Shown here piece after piece: positions 57,227 to 64,000 of a stretch of 64,000 nt of DNA; the stretch's first letter is position 1, and every line of letters begins with the position of its first letter. The notes under the pieces were generated by a model, which did no database searches, was not told where the DNA came from, and worked only from the letters and a program-made list of their open reading frames with translations. This DNA is from an uncultured Alphaproteobacteria bacterium (GTDB lineage: Bacteria > Pseudomonadota > Alphaproteobacteria > HIMB59 > GCA-002718135). The position numbers were made by a program, and so were the translations under genes. Location: the NCBI GenBank assembly GCA_902593125.1, contig CACJGU010000002.1, positions 73,274-137,273 on the forward strand. Reading direction: 5' to 3'.

Positions 57227-58240
57227 ATGAAAATTATTTTTAGATTACTATTGATACTAATTGCATCTACCATTTCACTAAACTTGTTTGCCAAAGAGGT
57301 TAATGTTTATTCTTACAGGCAGCCGATTTTAATAGATCCTTTCTTTGAGGAATTTACAAAATCGACTGGCATAAAGGTAAATGTTTTACATGCAAAAAAA
57401 GGATTACTAGAAAGAGTTTTAGCTGAAGGTGAAGATACACCTGCTGACTTGGTATTAACAGTTGATATAGCAAGGTTAAACCAATTTGTCGAAAAAGATA
57501 TTTTGCAACCAATTAACTCAGATATTTTGAATATGAATATTCCAAATCATTTAAGAGACAGTAATAATAAATGGTTTGCACTTTCAAAGAGAGCTAGAAT
57601 TGTTGCAATATCAAAAGAAAGAGTATCTACAGACTCAATTAAAAGAATAGAAGATTTATCTGATCCAAAATGGAAAGGTAAAATTTGTACAAGACCTGGT
57701 AGCCATGACTACAATAGATCACTTTTAGCTTCAATTATTGCTGCAAATGGTGAAGTTATTGCTGAAGAATGGGCTGCAGGCGTTGTTGCAAATTTAGCAC
57801 GTAAACCTGAGGGTAATGACAGAGCTCAAGCAAAAGCAATTTATGAAGGTGTCTGTGATATTGCTGTAATGAATACCTATTATTTTGGAAAAATGAAATT
57901 TAATGAAAAGAATGCAGAACAAAAAGAGTGGGCTAAATCAATAGAGTTAGTTTTTACTAATCAAGAAGACAGAGGGAATCACATTAACGTTGCTGGCGGA
58001 GGTGTAATTAAGTACTCTAAAAATAAAGACAATGCGATTGCACTACTTGAATTTCTGACTCAGCCAAAAGCACAAGTCCTTTACAGTTCTATAAACTATG
58101 AATATCCGGTTAATCCAGATATGCAATTAACTGATGAGTTAAAATCATGGGGCGAGTTTAAAGAAGATAAACTGCCTGTTGAAAAACTTGCAGAACTTGC
58201 TCCCGTAGCTCAGAAAATCATTGATAGAGTAGGCTGGTAA
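57227..58240 (+). CDS. Fe(III) ABC transporter periplasmic substrate-binding protein (FbpA/SfuA-like)
   Basis: It has a signal peptide, 'VNVYSYRQPILIDPFFEEF', 'PADLVLTVDIARL', and the family size and fold. The ATG at 57227 is preferred over the track GTG at 57188. Confidence 0.85.
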   Translation: MKIIFRLLLILIASTISLNLFAKEVNVYSYRQPILIDPFFEEFTKSTGIKVNVLHAKKGLLERVLAEGEDTPADLVLTVDIARLNQFVEKDILQPINSDILNMNIPNHLRDSNNKWFALSKRARIVAISKERVSTDSIKRIEDLSDPKWKGKICTRPGSHDYNRSLLASIIAANGEVIAEEWAAGVVANLARKPEGNDRAQAKAIYEGVCDIAVMNTYYFGKMKFNEKNAEQKEWAKSIELVFTNQEDRGNHINVAGGGVIKYSKNKDNAIALLEFLTQPKAQVLYSSINYEYPVNPDMQLTDELKSWGEFKEDKLPVEKLAELAPVAQKIIDRVGW

Positions 58241-58257
58241 ATTATAGGTTAACTGTT

Positions 58258-59853
58258 TTGATAAATTTTAATTTATGGTCCAATTCTGTGGCGATAATTG
58301 CTCTAGTAATTATCGCCCCTATTTTTTCAATATTTTATTACGCGATCTTAGGCGATACATCACTGTGGCCACATCTATTTTCTACTGTTTTGCCCAGATA
58401 TCTCACCAATACAATAATTCTAATGTTTGGTGTTGGAGGATTAAGTTTAGTCTTTGGTTTGACTACTGCTTGGATAGTGACAAGATATAATTTTTTTGGG
58501 AAAAAATTTTTTGAATGGATGTTATTATTACCAGCTGCTGTCCCAGCTTATATTATTGCCTATACTTATACTGACTTTTTTGAATATGCTGGTCCTCTTC
58601 AATCATTATTAAGAGACATCTTTGGTTGGACGAGTTCGAAAGATTATTGGTTTCCAAATGTGCGATCAATGGGAGGTGCAATTTTGGTAATGTCTTCTGT
58701 ACTGTATCCATATGTATATTTAATGACTAGAGCATCATTTATAACGACACCTATATCTTTTTTTCAAACTAGTTCTATTTATGGAAGGAATTCCTTCTTC
58801 AATGTTGCTATTCCATTTGGTCGTCCAGGTATAATCGCTGGTTTGGCCTTAGTACTAATGGAAACAATTTCTGATTTTGGGACAGTTGATTATTTTGCAA
58901 TTGAAACATTAACCTTAGGTGTATTTAATGTTTGGCTAGGAATGAATAGTCTATCTGGCGCATCACAGATTTCTAGTATTTTATTTATGATTGTTATAGT
59001 ACTTTTAACTTTAGAGTATTTGGGTAGGCGTAGCAGAAAATTTCATGAAAAGTACAGTGGTGCATCTTATACACCAACCCAAACAGTTTCTAGTCTTAAA
59101 AATTCTTTATTGTTTTTAATTTGCCTAATACCTTTAAGTCTTGGTTTTATAATACCTGTTTCAATTTTATTGAATTTTGTAATTAAAGGTTATTCTATAA
59201 TAAATTTTATTGAGATTTTTCAAATAACACTATCAAGCATATCTTTAGCTTTTATTTCTTCATCATTCATTATGTTGCTCTCTTTATTAATGATTATAGT
59301 CGGAGTATATAAATCAAATAATTTTCAAAAAATTTTAATATTTTTTGCTTCTTCTGGTTATGCTTTTCCAGGAACAATTCTTGCTGTTGGAATAGTGGTA
59401 TTTGTTGGGTGGCTTAATGATTTAATTTATTTTCGTATGAGTTATGCTGTTGGTGGATTTATAATTTTATTATTTGCGTATAGTATAAGATTTTTAGCTG
59501 TTGGTAATGGAGCCATTACATCAGGTATTTCAAGAATTCATCCGAACTTATTAGATGCATCAAGAACAATGGGTGTTAGTTTTTTCAAAAGTATAAGAAA
59601 AATTATATTACCCTTGCTGTATACAAATTTATTAGTTGGAGGAATATTAGTTTTCGTAGACATCTTAAAAGAACTTCCAATAACTCTTTTATTAAGACCA
59701 TTTAATTTTGAGACACTAGCAACCTATGTTTATCAATATGCCTCTGATGAAATGTTGGAGGAGTCAGCATTTGCAGCTCTAATTATCGTTATTGCTGGAT
59801 TAGGACCGGTAATTTTTCTTAACAGAACAATTACTAAATCAATAAAAAACTAA
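58258..59853 (+). CDS. Fe(III) ABC transporter permease (duplicated, FbpB/SfuB-like)
   Basis: It is a 531-aa two-module permease with two EAA-like loops ('...SSIYGRNSFFNVAIP' and 'DASRTMGVSFFKSIRKIILP'). Confidence 0.85.
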   Translation: MINFNLWSNSVAIIALVIIAPIFSIFYYAILGDTSLWPHLFSTVLPRYLTNTIILMFGVGGLSLVFGLTTAWIVTRYNFFGKKFFEWMLLLPAAVPAYIIAYTYTDFFEYAGPLQSLLRDIFGWTSSKDYWFPNVRSMGGAILVMSSVLYPYVYLMTRASFITTPISFFQTSSIYGRNSFFNVAIPFGRPGIIAGLALVLMETISDFGTVDYFAIETLTLGVFNVWLGMNSLSGASQISSILFMIVIVLLTLEYLGRRSRKFHEKYSGASYTPTQTVSSLKNSLLFLICLIPLSLGFIIPVSILLNFVIKGYSIINFIEIFQITLSSISLAFISSSFIMLLSLLMIIVGVYKSNNFQKILIFFASSGYAFPGTILAVGIVVFVGWLNDLIYFRMSYAVGGFIILLFAYSIRFLAVGNGAITSGISRIHPNLLDASRTMGVSFFKSIRKIILPLLYTNLLVGGILVFVDILKELPITLLLRPFNFETLATYVYQYASDEMLEESAFAALIIVIAGLGPVIFLNRTITKSIKN

Positions 59854-59856
59854 AAC

Positions 59857-60903
59857 TTAATTCTTAAATATGTAAGCCTGATCATTATCAATTTCTATCT
59901 CGACTGCAGACGATTGTTTTGGATTAAAGTCAGCAGGCATGTGGCTATGAACATGAACAACTTCATTATTATTATCTAACACAGATAAATGGATAAAACT
60001 AAATGACCCCATTAATTTTGATGCCATAACGGTTCCCTTAATTCCATTAACTGGCGTTGGTTGTTTGTTGAGTTTTATACCTTGGGGTCTTATGTGTACT
60101 ACAACTTTTTCACCTTCTAAATTTCCAGGTGTTTTAATTTTCCCAACCGGTGTGTAAATATGAGATTCTTTAACGACACCTTCAAATTTATTTGTTTCAC
60201 CAAAAAAACCTGTAACATATGAATTTTTTGGATTGTTATAGAGATCATTTGGAGTTCCTGACTGCACAATCGAACCTGATTTATCAAAAATATTTATATG
60301 ATTTGAGATAAACATTGCTTCGAAAGGATCATGAGTGACTATAATTACAGACACATTTGATTTTTGTAAAAGATGCAGCGTATCATCTCTCACCTCCTCT
60401 CGAAGGCTTAAATCCAAACTTGAAAAAGGTTCATCTAATAATAGTAAATCGGGTTGTGAAATTATAGATCGTGCAAGAGCAACTCTCTGTTGTTCACCAC
60501 CACTTAACTCGTGTGGGTATTTATCTAGTGAATTTGGTAATTTTATTAATTCAATAATTTCATCAACATTATTAGTTGAATTTTTAGCATTAGTTGGAAA
60601 TCTCAAATTTTCTTTTACTGTCAAATGCGGGAATAAAGCGTAATCTTGAAATAAAAAACCAATTTTTCTTTTTTCTGTAGGTAAGTGTTTTGCTGTACTG
60701 CTTACTTCTTCACCATTAATAATAATTTTACCTGACTGTACTTTTTCAAGACCTGCTATAAGCTTTAATAAAGTAGTTTTTCCACTACCTGACGGTCCCA
60801 AAATACAAGATATACTATCTTTATTGAGATTAAAATTTATATTATTTAAAATTTTTTTATTATTAATAGAGTGAGTAAGATCTTTAACTTCAACAGCAAT
60901 CAT
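59857..60903 (-). CDS. ABC transporter ATP-binding protein (FbpC/PotA/CysA-type with C-terminal regulatory domain)
   Basis: 'GPSGSGKTTLL', 'LSGGEQQRVALAR' and 'LLLDEPFSSLD' are present. It is convergent with the permease gene, 3 nt stop to stop. Confidence 0.88.
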   Translation of the reverse strand: MIAVEVKDLTHSINNKKILNNINFNLNKDSISCILGPSGSGKTTLLKLIAGLEKVQSGKIIINGEEVSSTAKHLPTEKRKIGFLFQDYALFPHLTVKENLRFPTNAKNSTNNVDEIIELIKLPNSLDKYPHELSGGEQQRVALARSIISQPDLLLLDEPFSSLDLSLREEVRDDTLHLLQKSNVSVIIVTHDPFEAMFISNHINIFDKSGSIVQSGTPNDLYNNPKNSYVTGFFGETNKFEGVVKESHIYTPVGKIKTPGNLEGEKVVVHIRPQGIKLNKQPTPVNGIKGTVMASKLMGSFSFIHLSVLDNNNEVVHVHSHMPADFNPKQSSAVEIEIDNDQAYIFKN

Positions 60904-60924
60904 AAAATACCTATTACACTAAAA

Positions 60925-61836
60925 TTAAACTTGAGGAAATTTATCTATAATTTCACTTTCCCATTCAAGAAACTTTTTAGATCTATTATCAGGACTTGGG
61001 TGTGATCCCATAAATTCAGGCACTCTTCCTTCTTGACTCGCCATCATTCTTTGCCATAGTTTAGCAGGCTCCTTAATATTAAATCCAGCAAGATTCATAA
61101 ATCCCATACCTAAATAATCAGCTTCACTTTCCATTTTTCTACTAAATGGAAGAAAAATACCATACTTGACAACTGAGTCATAAACATTGCCTCCTACATT
61201 TCCAACTCTAAAAGACTTATTTAGAAGTTCTGCATATTTACTTCGTGATATTCCAATTGTTGCCATTTGAATCATAGATGCTTGAGTTAATTTTTCTACT
61301 GTGTGTCTAGCAAATGCATGAGCAATTTCATGTCCCATCACTGCAGCAATCCCATCATCATTTTTACAAACAGGAAGTATACCAGTGTAGAAAGCAATTT
61401 TACCTCCAGGCATACACCATGCATTTTTTGTATCAGACTCAATTAAAGCAAACTGCCAATTAAAATTTTCTACAGGATTTTTCTCTCGCTTATTAAGATA
61501 ATATGTATCTAGAGAGGTATAAATTTCTTTTCCGATTTCTTCTATTTTTTTAGATTCATCTGTACTATCTAAAAGAACTTTATCTTTTTTAGCTTTAGAT
61601 AAAAATCTTGAATATGTTTTTTCAACTTCTTGATTTAGAGCTCTTTCATTTGGATAAATTTTTGGAAGACCTGCAACACCACCACCCATTAAAATTATAG
61701 GCAAATTGCTATCATATAAATTTAGCTGGCTTCTATTTGTTAATGGCACTTGTGTACATGACGGTAAAATCATGGAACCACATAAGGAACAACTTGCCCC
61801 AAAAACAAAGCTTCTTCTGTTTATTCTTGCTTCCAT
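60925..61836 (-). CDS. M48-family zinc metallopeptidase, exported/lipoprotein
   Basis: It has 'HEIAHAFARH' (HExxH) and a downstream 'ESEADYLG'. The N-terminus reads 'RRSFVFGASCSLCGSMILPSC'. Confidence 0.85.
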   Translation of the reverse strand: MEARINRRSFVFGASCSLCGSMILPSCTQVPLTNRSQLNLYDSNLPIILMGGGVAGLPKIYPNERALNQEVEKTYSRFLSKAKKDKVLLDSTDESKKIEEIGKEIYTSLDTYYLNKREKNPVENFNWQFALIESDTKNAWCMPGGKIAFYTGILPVCKNDDGIAAVMGHEIAHAFARHTVEKLTQASMIQMATIGISRSKYAELLNKSFRVGNVGGNVYDSVVKYGIFLPFSRKMESEADYLGMGFMNLAGFNIKEPAKLWQRMMASQEGRVPEFMGSHPSPDNRSKKFLEWESEIIDKFPQV

Positions 61837-61865
61837 ATTAATATTATATAGGTATTTTTATTTAT

Positions 61866-62846
61866 ATGAATATTTTTAATTCAGTTAAAAAAGCAGAAAT
61901 ACATGTTCATTTAGAGGCAACTATTACACCAGATTTATGTAAAAAATTTGCCAAACGAAATAACCATGAAATACCTGAAGAAATGTTTGGTTCAAAGTAC
62001 GCATACCAATGGGATGATTTTTATGATTTTATAAAAAAATATGACATTGTTACTTCTGTCATACATACACCAGAAGATTATTTTGAATTGACATATGAAT
62101 ATTTAAAAGATTGTGCAGCTAATAATGTACTTTATGTTGAAGCAATGATCTCATCTACTCATGCTAAAGAAAAAGGTATGACCTATCATTCTTTTATTGA
62201 AGGAGTTTATGAAGCTTCCAAAAAAGCTGAAGAGGATTATGGTATTGTTTCACGTTACATAATGAACGGTATTAGGCACTTAGGAGCAGACTCAGTACAA
62301 AAAACTGCAGAAGAGGTATTAAACAATTCTCATCCTTGTTTAGTTGGATTTGGTTTGGCTGGTGATGAACTTCATTATCCTCCAAATTTATTTGTTGAAA
62401 CATTTGATATGTTAAAAAAAGAAAATTTTCCAATTACCGTTCATGCAGGTGAATGGGATGGGCCAGAAAATATAAGAAACGCAATTAATCTTCTCTATCC
62501 AACAAGATTAGGCCACGGAGTTCGATCAATTGAGGACGCCGAGTTAGTAAAAGAAATAATAGATAAAGATATTGTTCTAGAAACTTGTCCAACCAGTAAT
62601 ATTGCAACAAAAATTTATGAAGACTATAAAGATCATCCAGTAAAAACATTATTTGACCAAGGAGTAAAAATAACAGTGAACTCAGATGACCCTCCTTTTT
62701 TTAATGCAACGATAAACGGTGAATACAAAGTTATGGAAGATTTAGGTTTAAATGAAAAGGAACTAACATCCCTTACTCATAACGCAATTAAATATTCTTT
62801 TTGTGATGAAGAAAATAAAAATAAATTATTAGCTAAATTAAACTAG
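61866..62846 (+). CDS. add: Adenosine (adenine-nucleoside) deaminase
   Basis: 'KAEIHVHLEA', 'FGLAGDE', 'VHAGE', 'RLGHG', 'CPTSN' and 'NSDDPPFF' are present. Confidence 0.92.
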   Translation: MNIFNSVKKAEIHVHLEATITPDLCKKFAKRNNHEIPEEMFGSKYAYQWDDFYDFIKKYDIVTSVIHTPEDYFELTYEYLKDCAANNVLYVEAMISSTHAKEKGMTYHSFIEGVYEASKKAEEDYGIVSRYIMNGIRHLGADSVQKTAEEVLNNSHPCLVGFGLAGDELHYPPNLFVETFDMLKKENFPITVHAGEWDGPENIRNAINLLYPTRLGHGVRSIEDAELVKEIIDKDIVLETCPTSNIATKIYEDYKDHPVKTLFDQGVKITVNSDDPPFFNATINGEYKVMEDLGLNEKELTSLTHNAIKYSFCDEENKNKLLAKLN

Positions 62847-63807
62847 ACAATTTTACTAAAGGTCTTGCACCATAATGCGAAATAATTTCTGCAGCAGAAA
62901 TTGATGCATAATTACCACATTCATTCATTGCTTTACCTTTAGAGTAACCAAATAAAAAACCAGCTGCAAATAAATCTCCAGCTCCAGTTGTATCTACAAC
63001 TTTTTCTACTTTTTTTGCAGCAACTTCAGTGATGTCATTACCAGAAACAATAACTGATCCACTACTTCCTTTAGTAATAGCAGAAATTATATTTAATGAT
63101 TTTGCATATTCTAGACCTTCTTCAAAACTTTCTGTTTGTGCCATTGCTTTGATTTCATCTTCGTTAGCAAAAAGAATATCAACACTCTCAGTTATTAATT
63201 CTTTAAAAGAGTCCCTGTGTCTATCAACACAAAAAAGATCAGATAAAGTAAATGCAATTTTTTGATTATCGGCTTTGCAAATATCCACCATTTTTTTCAT
63301 AGCCTTTTTTGCATTTTCATTGTCCCATAAGTAGCCTTCCAGATATGCAATCTTATGATTTTTAATATCATCCTCTTTTATATCTTCAGGTCCTATTAAT
63401 GTCCCAGCACCAAGAAAAGTACACATTGTTCTTGTTCCATCTTCTTCAACAAAAATTGTACAACATCCAGTTGAAATATCAGGAGACGTAAATCCTAACG
63501 GAAATTTTAGACCTTCCCGGATCATATCTTTTTGAAGGTAAACTCCAATTTCATCATTTTTAATTTTTCCAATAAAGCTTCCATTACCGCCAAACGAGGT
63601 GATTCCAAACATAGAGTTACCGAGGGAACCACCACCAGCCATTTCTCTGATGGAATAACTTTCATGCAAATTATTTTTTAAGTTTTCATCAATAAGATTC
63701 ATAGAATCTCTATTAATTTCATATTTTTCAATCTCACTTTGATTGGAAGGAATTATGGCGTCTACCATAGCATTTCCAATTCCAACTACGTCTAATTTAT
63801 CATTCAT
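62833..63807 (-). CDS. Adenosine kinase-like PfkB family ribokinase-fold kinase
   Basis: It has an N-terminal 'VVGIGNAMVD', 'GGSLGNS' and the catalytic 'DTTGAGDLFAAGFLFGY'. Its 3' end overlaps add by 14 nt. Confidence 0.85.
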   Translation of the reverse strand: MNDKLDVVGIGNAMVDAIIPSNQSEIEKYEINRDSMNLIDENLKNNLHESYSIREMAGGGSLGNSMFGITSFGGNGSFIGKIKNDEIGVYLQKDMIREGLKFPLGFTSPDISTGCCTIFVEEDGTRTMCTFLGAGTLIGPEDIKEDDIKNHKIAYLEGYLWDNENAKKAMKKMVDICKADNQKIAFTLSDLFCVDRHRDSFKELITESVDILFANEDEIKAMAQTESFEEGLEYAKSLNIISAITKGSSGSVIVSGNDITEVAAKKVEKVVDTTGAGDLFAAGFLFGYSKGKAMNECGNYASISAAEIISHYGARPLVKLSSLI

Positions 63808-64000
63808 TTTTGTTTAATAATTATTGGTACTAATTGTACTATAATGACTCCAATAAATATTGCAAGGCATCCAAGTATTTTTTGTGTGTCTAAAACTTGA
63901 TTTAAAAGTATCCAACCTGCTATTGCAGCAAAGACTGACTCCATTGATAAAATAATAGCAGCTGGAGCAGGATTAGCTTTATGTTGAGCAATAATTTGAA
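63804..64000 (-). CDS. EamA/DMT-family transporter, C-terminal fragment (gene continues beyond window)
   Basis: The reverse translation '...AAIILSMESVFAAIAGWILLNQVLDTQKILGCLAIFIGVIIVQL...' is a typical last EamA repeat. Its TGA overlaps the kinase ATG (ATGA). Confidence 0.7.
   Translation of the reverse strand, partial: QIIAQHKANPAPAAIILSMESVFAAIAGWILLNQVLDTQKILGCLAIFIGVIIVQLVPIIIKQK

Overview
The window is an AT-rich (about 30% GC by eye), very compact alphaproteobacterial chromosome segment. The synteny blocks maf-aroE-coaE-dnaQ, hslVU, hisBH-AFE, rph-rdgB and hrcA-grpE / dnaKJ, the tiny spacers and the many overlapping genes suggest a streamlined marine SAR11/Pelagibacterales-like genome. 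That attribution is inference, because no database search was possible. I support about 71 protein genes and found no rRNA, tRNA, CRISPR array, transposase or prophage.

Gene content:
- Housekeeping and heat-shock genes.
- Histidine biosynthesis.
- A complete pabBAC-folPBK folate cluster.
- Pyruvate carboxylase and katG.
- thrS, cysS, hemB, ribA and hisI.
- A strong nucleoside-salvage theme: upp, a BMP-type nucleoside ABC transporter, cdd-PNP-deoA, add and adenosine kinase.
- An Fe(III) ABC transporter.

Observations most worth following up:
1. A divergent TrpF-like gene sits tail-to-tail with the folate cluster, and a stand-alone RibA lies nearby. Together they could bypass FolE/FolQ.
2. An outer-membrane barrel gene is followed by a lipoprotein-type S8 subtilase with a C-terminal barrel-like domain. 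A decayed or non-canonical small secreted ORF follows, which is not in the supplied ORF track.
3. A candidate envelope-remodelling cluster combines a tandem-PAP2 fusion, an ArnT-like glycosyltransferase and a DUF3108 protein.
4. A T4-type lysozyme lies where I recall alphaproteobacteria usually carrying mltA.
5. Three sigma32-like promoters are present, plus a miniature ROSE-like RNA thermometer in front of the small heat-shock gene.
6. Several RNA or DNA inverted repeats sit at ABC-transporter gene junctions.
7. A DUF1800/DUF1501 pair of unknown function is present.

All family calls rest on motifs read from the translations. Start codons were adjusted where the ORF track clearly over-extends.
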